Made by a program: the position numbers and the translations under genes. The notes under the pieces were generated by a model. That model was given only the letters and a program-made list of their open reading frames with translations. It was not told where the DNA came from and made no database searches. From Octopus sinensis (lineage: Eukaryota), in assembly GCF_006345805.1 (NCBI RefSeq), contig NC_043009.1:7936001-8000000 (forward strand): a stretch of 64,000 nucleotides of DNA, read 5' to 3'. Below, piece after piece: positions 13,828 to 25,698 of the stretch (the first letter of the stretch is position 1; every line of letters begins with the position of its first letter).

Positions 13828-16800
13828 AGGCGATATACCAGAATTCCCTAGTGTTGTCGGGACGTTCGGAGTCTGCGCAGTGATATGATTAGTTAGGGAG
13901 AGTAAATCATTAGACGCACATGCTTCTAGTGAGTTAGGATCCCAGAAAAACAGGGTCTCACTGAAGAATTCTCCCTGGGCAAATAAATTATCTTTATTGC
14001 TGAAAAGAAAGAAACTGCAGTCTGAGAATTACCGGTTTAGTAAATGTTTTTATCTTCATTTCACTTAATTTATCAAGCTTCTGTATTCCTAGCACGTATT
14101 TCGCCTTAATGTACTGATATATGAAAAATATATGGCTTGTGTTAGTAATACCAGCGATTATAATTATTTTTATTTTATCGCAATTTGATTTGTTTACATA
14201 TTTCTCGATAAATTATGAGCGCCAGGCGATATACCAGAATTCCCTAGTGTTGTCGGGACGTTCGGAGTCTGCGCAGTGATATGATTAGTTAGGGAGAGTA
14301 AATCATTAGACGCACATGCTTCTAGTGAGTTAGGATCCCAGAAAAACAGGGTCTCACTGAAGAATTCTCCCTGGGCAAATAAATTGTCTTTATTGCTGAA
14401 AAGAAAGAAACTGCAGTCTGAGAATTACCGGTTTAGTAAATTTTTTTATCTTCATTTCACTTAATTTATCAAGCTTCTGTATTCCTAGCACGTATTTCGC
14501 CTTAATGTACTGATATATGAAAAATATATGGCTTGTGTTAGTAATACCAGCGATTATAATTATTTTTATTTTATCGCAATTTGATTTGTTTACATATTTC
14601 TCGATAAATTATGAGCGCCAGGCGATATACCAGAATTCCCTAGTGTTGTCGGGACGTTCGGAGTCTGCGCAGTGATATGATTAGTTAGGGAGAGTAAATC
14701 ATTAGACGCACATGCTTCTAGTGAGTTAGGATCCCAGAAAAACAGGGTCTCACTGAAGAATTCTCCCTGGGCAAATAAATTATCTTTATTGCTGAAAAGA
14801 AAGAAACTGCAGTCTGAGAATTACCGGTTTAGTAAATGTTTTTATCTTCATTTCACTTAATTTATCAAGCTTCTGTATTCCTAGCACGTATTTCGCCTTA
14901 ATGTACTGATATATGAAAAATATATGGCTTGTGTTAGTAATACCAGCGATTATAATTATTTTTATTTTATCGCAATTTGATTTGTTTACATATTTCTCGA
15001 TAAATTATGAGCGCCAGGCGATATACCAGAATTCCCTAGTGTTGTCGGGACGTTCGGAGTCTGCGCAGTGATATGATTAGTTAGGGAGAGTAAATCATTA
15101 GACGCACATGCTTCTAGTGAGTTAGGATCCCAGAAAAACAGGGTCTCACTGAAGAATTCTCCCTGGGCAAATAAATTATCTTTATTGCTGAAAAGAAAGA
15201 AACTGCAGTCTGAGAATTACCGGTTTAGTAAATGTTTTTATCTTCATTTCACTTAATTTATCAAGCTTCTGTATTCCTAGCACGTATTTCGCCTTAATGT
15301 ACTGATATATGAAAAATATATGGCTTGTGTTAGTAATACCAGCGATTATAATTATTTTTATTTTATCGCAATTTGATTTGTTTACATATTTCTCGATAAA
15401 TTATGAGCGCCAGGCGATATACCAGAATTCCCTAGTGTTGTCGGGACGTTCGGAGTCTGCGCAGTGATATGATTAGTTAGGGAGAGTAAATCATTAGACG
15501 CACATGCTTCTAGTGAGTTAGGATCCCAGAAAAACAGGGTCTCACTGAAGAATTCTCCCTGGGCAAATAAATTATCTTTATTGCTGAAAAGAAAGAAACT
15601 GCAGTCTGAGAATTACCGGTTTAGTAAATTTTTTTATCTTCATTTCACTTAATTTATCAAGCTTCTGTATTCCTAGCACGTATTTCGCCTTAATGTACTG
15701 ATATATGAAAAATATATGGCTTGTGTTAGTAATACCAGCGATTATAATTATTTTTATTTTATCGCAATTTGATTTGTTTACATATTTCTCGATAAATTAT
15801 GAGCGCCAGGCGATATACCAGAATTCCCTAGTGTTGTCGGGACGTTCGGAGTCTGCGCAGTGATATGATTAGTTAGGGAGAGTAAATCATTAGACGCACA
15901 TGCTTCTAGTGAGTTAGGATCCCAGAAAAACAGGGTCTCACTGAAGAATTCTCCCTGGGCAAATAAATTATCTTTATTGCTGAAAAGAAAGAAACTGCAG
16001 TCTGAGAATTACCGGTTTAGTAAATGTTTTTATCTTCATTTCACTTAATTTATCAAGCTTCTGTATTCCTAGCACGTATTTCGCCTTAATGTACTGATAT
16101 ATGAAAAATATATGGCTTGTGTTAGTAATACCAGCGATTATAATTATTTTTATTTTATCGCAATTTGATTTGTTTACATATTTCTCGATAAATTATGAGC
16201 GCCAGGCGATATACCAGAATTCCCTAGTGTTGTCGGGACGTTCGGAGTCTGCGCAGTGATATGATTAGTTAGGGAGAGTAAATCATTAGACGCACATGCT
16301 TCTAGTGAGTTAGGATCCCAGAAAAACAGGGTCTCACTGAAGAATTCTCCCTGGGCAAATAAATTATCTTTATTGCTGAAAAGAAAGAAACTGCAGTCTG
16401 AGAATTACCGGTTTAGTAAATGTTTTTATCTTCATTTCACTTAATTTATCAAGCTTCTGTATTCCTAGCACGTATTTCGCCTTAATGTACTGATATATGA
16501 AAAATATATGGCTTGTGTTAGTAATACCAGCGATTATAATTATTTTTATTTTATCGCAATTTGATTTGTTTACATATTTCTCGATAAATTATGAGCGCCA
16601 GGCGATATACCAGAATTCCCTAGTGTTGTCGGGACGTTCGGAGTCTGCGCAGTGATATGATTAGTTAGGGAGAGTAAATCATTAGACGCACATGCTTCTA
16701 GTGAGTTAGGATCCCAGAAAAACAGGGTCTCACTGAAGAATTCTCCCTGGGCAAATAAATTATCTTTATTGCTGAAAAGAAAGAAACTGCAGTCTGAGAA

Positions 16801-18154
16801 TTACCGGTTTAGTAAATTTTTTTATCTTCATTTCACTTAATTTATCAAGCTTCTGTATTCCTAGCACGTATTTCGCCTTAATGTACTGATATATGAAAAA
16901 TATATGGCTTGTGTTAGTAATACCAGCGATTATAATTATTTTTATTTTATCGCAATTTGATTTGTTTACATATTTCTCGATAAATTATGAGCGCCAGGCG
17001 ATATACCAGAATTCCCTAGTGTTGTCGGGACGTTCGGAGTCTGCGCAGTGATATGATTAGTTAGGGAGAGTAAATCATTAGACGCACATGCTTCTAGTGA
17101 GTTAGGATCCCAGAAAAACAGGGTCTCACTGAAGAATTCTCCCTGGGCAAATAAATTATCTTTATTGCTGAAAAGAAAGAAACTGCAGTCTGAGAATTAC
17201 CGGTTTAGTAAATGTTTTTATCTTCATTTCACTTAATTTATCAAGCTTCTGTATTCCTAGCACGTATTTCGCCTTAATGTACTGATATATGAAAAATATA
17301 TGGCTTGTGTTAGTAATACCAGCGATTATAATTATTTTTATTTTATCGCAATTTGATTTGTTTACATATTTCTCGATAAATTATGAGCGCCAGGCGATAT
17401 ACCAGAATTCCCTAGTGTTGTCGGGACGTTCGGAGTCTGCGCAGTGATATGATTAGTTAGGGAGAGTAAATCATTAGACGCACATGCTTCTAGTGAGTTA
17501 GGATCCCAGAAAAACAGGGTCTCACTGAAGAATTCTCCCTGGGCAAATAATTATCTTTATTGCTGAAAAGAAAGAAACTGCAGTCTGAGAATTACCGGTT
17601 TAGTAAATGTTTTTATCTTCATTTCACTTAATTTATCAAGCTTCTGTATTCCTAGCACGTATTTCGCCTTAATGTACTGATATATGAAAAATATATGGCT
17701 TGTGTTAGTAATACCAGCGATTATAATTATTTTTATTTTATCGCAATTTGATTTGTTTACATATTTCTCGATAAATTATGAGCGCCAGGCGATATACCAG
17801 AATTCCCTAGTGTTGTCGGGACGTTCGGAGTCTGCGCAGTGATATGATTAGTTAGGGAGAGTAAATCATTAGACGCACATGCTTCTAGTGAGTTAGGATC
17901 CCAGAAAAACAGGGTCTCACTGAAGAATTCTCCCTGGGCAAATAAATTATCTTTATTGCTGAAAAGAAAGAAACTGCAGTCTGAGAATTACCGGTTTAGT
18001 AAATTTTTTTATCTTCATTTCACTTAATTATCAAGCTTCTGTATTCCTAGCACGTATTTCGCCTTAATGTACTGATATATGAAAAATATATGGCTTGTGT
18101 TAGTAATACCAGCGATTATAATTATTTTTATTTTATCGCAATTTGATTTGTTTA
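13828..18154 (+). repeat. Tandem array of 396-bp units, ~10.9 copies, nearly identical
   Basis: CGATATACCAG recurs at 13831, 14227, 14623, 15019, 15415, 15811, 16207, 16603, 16999, 17395 and 17790. The array ends in (TA)n at ~18154. Confidence 0.99.
13948..14038 (+). ncRNA. Type I minimal hammerhead ribozyme motif (first of 11 copies, one per 396-bp unit)
   Basis: Stem I TCTCA (13956-60) / TGAGA (14023-27); core CTGAAGA 13961-67; long stem II with TTCT/AGAA and an inner GCAAATAAA/TTTATTGC hairpin; GAAAC-TGCA-GTC 14011-22 with a palindromic loop. Predicted cleavage after C14022. Caveat: A.A mismatch at 10.1/11.1. Confidence 0.72.
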
Positions 18155-18179
18155 TATATATATATATATATATATATAT

Positions 18180-20363
18180 TCCCATCTCTTCCCATCTCTT
18201 CTCATCTTTCAGCCATTGGCGGTCTTTTTTCCTCCTCTCACCATTACGATTCTATAATTTAAATTCCCAATTCAATTTCAACTCCCGTTCGATGTCCGCA
18301 GCAAGTTCTTAAAAATTTATCTTACTATTTTATTCGTTGTTACTACGTTTCTTCATACATTGTTACGAAAATTTAACCTTTTAGGCTACTTTCAAGCCTT
18401 CGCCATAACTTGATTTATCGTTCTATCTCTCTCTCTACAAAATTTAACCTTAGGCCAGGCTACCTCAAGCCGTAATCCTATCTCTTCCCATCTCTTCCCA
18501 TCTCTTCTCATCTTTCAGCCATTGGCGGTCTTTTTTCCTCCTCTCACCATTACGATTCTATAATTTAAATTCCCAATTCAATTTCAACTCCCGTTCGATG
18601 TCCGCAGCAAGTTCTTAAAATTTATCTTACTATTTTATTCGTTGTTACTACGTTTCTTCATACATTGTTACGAAAATTTAACCTTTTAGGCTACTTTCAA
18701 GCCTTCGCCATAACTTGATTTATCGTTCTATCTCTCTCTCTACAAAATTTAACCTTAGGCCAGGCTACCTCAAGCCGTAATCCTATCTCTTCCCATCTCT
18801 TCCCATCTCTTCTCATCTTTCAGCCATTGGCGGTCTTTTTTCCTCCTCTCACCATTACGATTCTATAATTTAAATTCCCAATTCAATTTCAACTCCCGTT
18901 CGATGTCCGCAGCAAGTTCTTAAAAATTATCTTACTATTTTATTCGTTGTTACTACGTTTCTTCATACATTGTTACGAAAATTTAACCTTTTAGGCTACT
19001 TTCAAGCCTTCGCCATAACTTGATTTATCGTTCTATCTCTCTCTCTACAAAATTTAACCTTAGGCCAGGCTACCTCAAGCCGTAATCCTATCTCTTCCCA
19101 TCTCTTCCCATCTCTTCTCATCTTTCAGCCATTGGCGGTCTTTTTTCCTCCTCTCACCATTACGATTCTATAATTTAAATTCCCAATTCAATTTCAACTC
19201 CCGTTCGATGTCCGCAGCAAGTTCTTAAAAATTTATCTTACTATTTTATTCGTTGTTACTACGTTTCTTCATACATTGTTACGAAAATTTAACCTTTTAG
19301 GCTACTTTCAAGCCTTCGCCATAACTTGATTTATCGTTCTATCTCTCTCTCTACAAAATTTAACCTTAGGCCAGGCTACCTCAAGCCGTAATCCTATCTC
19401 TTCCCATCTCTTCCCATCTCTTCTCATCTTTCAGCCATTGGCGGTCTTTTTTCCTCCTCTCACCATTACGATTCTATAATTTAAATTCCCAATTCAATTT
19501 CAACTCCCGTTCGATGTCCGCAGCAAGTTCTTAAAAATTTATCTTACTATTTTATTCGTTGTTACTACGTTTCTTCATACATTGTTACGAAAATTTAACC
19601 TTTTAGGCTACTTTCAAGCCTTCGCCATAACTTGATTTATCGTTCTATCTCTCTCTCTACAAAATTTAACCTTAGGCCAGGCTACCTCAAGCCGTAATCC
19701 TATCTCTTCCCATCTCTTCCCATCTCTTCTCATCTTTCAGCCATTGGCGGTCTTTTTTCCTCCTCTCACCATTACGATTCTATAATTTAAATTCCCAATT
19801 CAATTTCAACTCCCGTTCGATGTCCGCAGCAAGTTCTTAAAAATTTATCTTACTATTTTATTCGTTGTTACTACGTTTCTTCATACATTGTTACGAAAAT
19901 TTAACCTTTTAGGCTACTTTCAAGCCTTCGCCATAACTTGATTTATCGTTCTATCTCTCTCTCTACAAAATTTAACCTTAGGCCAGGCTACCTCAAGCCG
20001 TAATCCTATCTCTTCCCATCTCTTCCCATCTCTTCTCATCTTTCAGCCATTGGCGGTCTTTTTTCCTCCTCTCACCATTACGATTCTATAATTTAAATTC
20101 CCAATTCAATTTCAACTCCCGTTCGATGTCCGCAGCAAGTTCTTAAAAATTTATCTTACTATTTTATTCGTTGTTACTACGTTTCTTCATACATTGTTAC
20201 GAAAATTTAACCTTTTAGGCTACTTTCAAGCCTTCGCCATAACTTGATTTATCGTTCTATCTCTCTCTCTACAAAATTTAACCTTAGGCCAGGCTACCTC
20301 AAGCCGTAATCCTATCTCTTCCCATCTCTTCCCATCTCTTCTCATCTTTCAGCCATTGGCGGT
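18180..20363. repeat. Tandem array of 306-bp units, ~7.1 copies
   Basis: AGCCATTGGC recurs at 18211, 18517, 18822, 19127, 19433, 19739, 20045 and 20351. The only differences seen are single-base homopolymer losses. Confidence 0.99.
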
Positions 20364-20699
20364 GCGCCCGCCCCCCCACCCCCACCAATACCGATGAACA
20401 CTGTTCTCACCCCCACCACCAATACCGGTGAACACTGTTCCTCACCTCCCACCACCAATACCAGTATACCCTGTCCTCACCATCTACACCGGATACGCCT
20501 TACTCATCTACACCGGGTACGCCCTACTCCCTCCCCCTCCCCCCACTACCCCTTCTCCTCATATGCTTTCACTGTGAAAAGACAAGCTGCTAGCGCCATA
20601 GCTCATCAACTGCCCACCGATCTTATGCTTCCTCCTGACACTGCCTCATTCCGACTATCCCCTTTAGCACCCTCCCGCCTCGTAATATCCTATGTTTTT

Positions 20700-21055
20700 T
20701 ATTTCTTAGGAACCTACACCAACCCTTCCTGCCATCGTTCCTCCTTACCCCAACCTTCCCCACTGGTTGCTCCCCTATATTACCCGCCTCAACTGGACCC
20801 CCCCTCTCCCCAACTCAACTCTCGAATATCTGTATTCTTTCCTCTACCTAATAACGTTACTCAGTGACGATAACGAATGTCTTTATTTCTTAGGAACCTA
20901 CACCAACCCTTCCTGCCATCGTTCCTCCTTACCCCAACCTTCCCCACTGGTTGCCCTCCTATATTACCCGCCTCAACTGGACCTCCCCCTCCCCAACTCA
21001 ACTCTAGAATATCTGTATTTCTTTCCTCTACCTAATTACGTTACTCAGTGATGAT
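20700..21055. repeat. Two tandem copies of a 184-bp CT-rich unit
   Basis: ATTTCTTAGGAACCTACACC at 20701 and 20885, with a few substitutions between copies. Confidence 0.9.
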
Positions 21056-21174
21056 AAATGCTGTGACTACAAAGACCCGGGCTGCTTTCTGCAGCAATTC
21101 CACATACCCCCTACTCATTCTAAGTACCCCGGATCCCCAAAGTACCCTGGATCCCCAAAGTACCCCGGACCTCG

Positions 21175-21431
21175 TTGCCCATGTGCCGCTGACACGTTAA
21201 AATGCTCGAACCGATCGTGACGATGCCGGACCCTCCGGCCCCTGTGCAGGTGGCACGTAAAAAGCACCCAATCCACTCACGGAGTGGTTGGCGTTAGGAA
21301 GGGCATCCAGCCGTAGAAACTCTGCCAGATTCAGACTGGAGCCTGGTGCGGCCCCTGGCTTCCCAGACCCGGTCAAACCGTCCAACCCGTGCTAGCGCGG
21401 AAAGCGGACGTTAAACGATGATGATGATGAT
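21175..21431 (+). mobile_element. RTE-family 3' tail fragment with (GAT)n end
   Basis: GTGGTTGGCGTTAGGAAGGGCATCCAGC...CCGTCCAACCCGTGCTAGC...GATGATGATGA, matching the 3' end of the RTE at 57193-60866. Confidence 0.85.
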
Positions 21432-21442
21432 ATGTCTTTTAA

Positions 21443-21822
21443 CTTTTACTTGTTTCAGTCATTTGACTGCAGCCATGGTGGGGCACTACCTTGAAGAGGT
21501 TTTGAAGAGGTTTAGTTGAACAAATCAACCCCGGGATTTTTTAAAGCCTGGTGCTTATTCTAACGGTCTCTTTTACTGAACCACTATGTCACAGGGATGT
21601 AAACACACCAACATCAGTTGTCAAGCAGTTGTGGGGGACAAGCAAAGACACACACACATATAATGGGCTTCTTTCAGTTTCCATCTACCAAATCCACTCA
21701 CAAGGCTTTGGTTGGCCCAAGGCTATAGAAGAAGACACTTGCCCAAGGTGTCACACAGTGGGACTGAACCTGGAACCATGTTGTTGGGAAGCAAACTTCT
21801 TACCATACAGCCATGCCTGCAC
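21443..21822 (-). mobile_element. CORE-type tRNA SINE
   Basis: Reverse complement GGTGCAGGCATGGCTGTATGGTAAGAAG...ACCTTGGGCAAGTGTCTTC...CAAATGACTGAAACAAGTAAAAG. Confidence 0.85.
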
Positions 21823-21849
21823 CATATAGTTTTTTCCTTTTTTCACTAC

Positions 21850-21850
<1 letters not shown>

Positions 21851-21890
<40 letters not shown>

Positions 21891-23095
21891 GTATGTGTAT
21901 GTGTATATGTATATGTATGTGTATATGTATGTGTATATATATGTGTATATATATGTGTATATATATGTGTATATATATATGTATATATGTATGTATATAT
22001 GTATGTATATATGTATGTATATATGTATGTATATGTGTATGTATATGTGTATGTATATGTGTATGTATATGTGTATGTATATGTGTATGTATATGTGTAT
22101 GTATATGTGTATGTATATGTGTATGTATATGTGTATGTATATGTGTATGTATATGTGTATGTATATGTGTATGTATATGTGTATGTATATGTGTATGTAT
22201 ATGTGTATGTATATGTGTATGTATATGTGTATGTATATGTGTATGTATATGTGTATGTATGTATATGTATGTATGTATATGTATGTATGTATATGTATGT
22301 ATGTATATGTATGTATATATGTATGTATATATATATGTGTATATATATGTGTATATATGTGTATATATATGTGTATATATATGTGTATATATATGTGTAT
22401 ATATGTGTGTATATATGTGTGTATATATGTGTGTATATATGTGTATATATGTGTATATATGTGTATATATGTGTGTATATGTGTGTATATGTGTGTATAT
22501 GTGTGTATATGTGTGTATATGTATGTATATGTATATGTATATGTATATATATGTATGTATATGTATGTATATGTATGTATATGTATGTATATGTATGTGT
22601 ATGTATGTGTATGTATGTGTATGTATATGTATATGTATGTATATGTATGTGTATGTATATGTATGTATATGTATGTGTATGTATATGTATGTGTATGTAT
22701 ATGTATGTGTATATGTATGTATATGTATATGTATGTATATGTATGTATATGTACATATATGTATATGTATATATATGTATATGTATATATATGTATATGT
22801 ATATATATGTATGTATATATATGTATATGTATATATATGTATATGTATATATATGTATATATATGTATATGTATGTATATGTATATGTATATATATGTAT
22901 ATGTATGTATATGTATATATGTATATGTATATATATGTATATATATGTATATGTATATATATGTATATGTATATATATGTATATATATGTATGTATATGT
23001 ATATGTATATATATGTATGTATATGTATATATATATATATATGTATATGTATATATATGTATATGTATATATATATATATGTATATATATATATG

Positions 23096-23126
<31 letters not shown>

Positions 23127-23175
23127 GTATATATATGTATATATGTATATATATGTATATATGTATATATATATA
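21851..23175. repeat. Compound TA/TG microsatellite, ~1.3 kb
   Basis: (TA)n core with blocks of TATG, TATATG and a long near-perfect 12-mer GTGTATGTATAT run at ~22035-22260. Confidence 0.98.
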
Positions 23176-23315
23176 CTAAGCAATAAAGGGTTTAGCAACG
23201 AATTGCCTTACCACATACCGAATTTAGAAATAGCAGTCAAAGAGTTATAGCTATTTCTTCTACTAAAAAGGGAGATCTCAGTAAAAACAGCAATTGGAAG
23301 GCAGACACAAACAGG

Positions 23316-23350
<35 letters not shown>

Positions 23351-23638
23351 GTATATATGTATATATATATATATATGTATATATGTATATATATATATAT
23401 ATGTATATATGTATATATATATATATGTATATATATATATGTATATATATATATGTATATATATATATGTATATATATATATGTATATATATATATGTAT
23501 ATATATATATGTATATATATATATGTATATATATATATGTATATATATATATGTATATATATATATGTGTATATATATATGTGTATATATATATGTGTAT
23601 ATATATATGTGTATATATATGTGTTATATATATGTATA
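23316..23638. repeat. TA-derived microsatellite flanking the LINE 3' end
   Basis: (TA)nTG variant repeats. Confidence 0.97.
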
Positions 23639-23726
23639 TAACTTAGAATAACTTAGAAAGGTTTTTGGCCAGTATTGGCCCAGGCCATGTCTAACTTAAT
23701 AGCACCACCTGGCGAAGTCTTTCAGT

Positions 23727-25500
23727 TCAGGATTTGGGCACCAAGGCCCATTCGAGCAGAGAGTTATTGTTTGCGGAGACATATCCGGGTGTGGGTGGTT
23801 TGTCCGGTACTGTTTGAAGGAATTTGTCCAAAGACTTCTTGAATTTTGTGTGGTCAGTTTCTTTTTTGACGTGTCCTGGTGTAATGTTGAAGAGAGCGGG
23901 TCCAATTGAGGTGAAATAGTTGTGCCGTATTGTCGTTATGTGATGCGATTTAGATTTTTGTTGTGGACGGATGGCACGTGGTCCAAGCCTTGGATGCGTT
24001 TTGAAGGTGATGCCAACATCATTCGGACAGTGCTGATGGAATATTTTCCACATCATACAGATAATGTAGCGTTCACGGCGTCGTTGGAGTGAATACAATT
24101 TCAGCTTCTCTAGTCTACCCCAGTAGTCAAGGTCTGACATGCCATCTATCTTTTTTGTGATTGACCTTTGGGGAGCTTCAATTCTCATAATATTTTGTTT
24201 TGTGTAGGGAGACCACAGTGGACAGCAGTATTCAAGGTGGGGTCGGGCAAAAGTGGAGAAGAGAAGGATAATAGCGTGGGAATCTCTCGACTGGAAGGTT
24301 CTGAGAATCCAGGAACACATTCTGCGGGCCATGTCAACTTTGCTGCTTATATGTGTAGCCCAGCTTATGTTGTTGTCCACTGTTACTCCCAGGTCTCTGA
24401 TGTTGTTGGATGCCATGAGAATTTCTCCAGAAGGAAGAGAGTATGGGAGTTTCAGAGCGTCCTCCCTTCCAAAGTGGATCAGTTCGAATTTGTCTTCATT
24501 TAGCAACATGTTATTCTTTTCCGCCCATTGGACAACAGCCAGTAGGTCTGACTGAAGGTTTATTCGGTCATCCACGCCATTGATGACCTTCTGGAGCTTG
24601 GAATCATCAGCGAAGGTTCTGATGTTGCTGTGTTTGATGGTGTCAGTAATATCATTTATGTAGATGATGAAGAGAAGTGGGCCCAACACAGTGCCTTGTG
24701 GGACACCACTGCTGACTTTGGCTGGGCTGGATTTGACTCCTTCGACTACAACATGTTGGGTTCTGTTAGAGAGGAAGCACTTGATCCATTGCAGCAGCTT
24801 ATTGGACAGCTTTCTCAGAAGGATCTTATGATCAACCCTGTCAAAGGCCTTGCTGAAATCAAGGTAGATGACATCAGTGTTGGAACCCTCTCCCAAGGCT
24901 CTCAAAATGTCATCAAAATGATGCAGTAGCTGCGTCAGGCAATCTCTCCCATTACGGAATCCATGCTGGTTGGGGTTCAGCATATTATGACTCTCAAGGA
25001 AGTGAGTCATACGCGATCTCAGCACCCTCTCAAATACCTTGATGATATGAGAGGTGAGTGAGATTGGACGGTAATTCACGGCAAGCGATTTGTTTCCTTT
25101 TTTGAAAACTGGGACAACAGACTGGGATAGAAGGTCTTCTGGTATATATCCAGCATCCAATGAGTTCCGCCACAGATTGGCTAGAGGGGGTGCAAGTTGG
25201 TTTTGACACATCTTCAAGACACAAGCAGGGAACCTATCGGGACCTACTGCTGAATTATGCTTCATTTCCTTTATTGCTGCTAAGACATCAGGAGCGCCAA
25301 ATGTTATGTCCGATAAAGTGTATTGGGGAGTAACATCACTGATACAGCCCAGATCAGTCATATCAGGATTGCTGAAAACAGAGCAATATTGTTTCTGCAA
25401 TATTTCTCCCATGGTTTTGGCATTGTCTTGAAGAGTACCATTTTCATCAATCAGAGGGCCAACAGTAGAACCAGTGACTCTGTGTTTTTTGCAAATGAAA
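23727..25500 (-). CDS. LINE reverse transcriptase and C-terminal region
   Basis: Motifs YRPISLTS, QHGFR, YLDFSKAFD, GVPQGTVLGP, FADD and YSLQRRRERY. The frame is open upstream of the annotated ATG (25412) to an A-run frameshift at ~25487. Confidence 0.97.
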
Positions 25501-25698
25501 AGAACACTTTGGGATTGAGTTTGATCTTCTCAATGGCCCAGGCCTCTTCAGCTCTTCGCTGACTATTGATGATAGACATCATGTTGTTTTGGAGTTTATG
25601 TTTTTTAATCTCTAGCGACGAGATGGCAGTCAGGTTGGTGTGTTGCTGTTGACAGTATTTCAGCATGTTGATCTTTTTGTTGATTCTTTTAATTTTCC

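Noticed and set aside
18180-20363. Possible twister or hammerhead ribozyme in the 306-bp unit (TAACC...CAAGCC)
   Set aside because: The purine-rich pseudoknot partners are missing, and there is no CTGANGA on either strand.
21800-23651. Long ORFs (up to 457 aa) of Y/I/M/C/V/H/T residues; likewise at 28.1-29.6, 32.4-32.9, 38.3-38.6 and 45.6-45.9 kb
   Set aside because: These are translations of TA/TG microsatellites that lack stop codons by composition; open in several frames on both strands.
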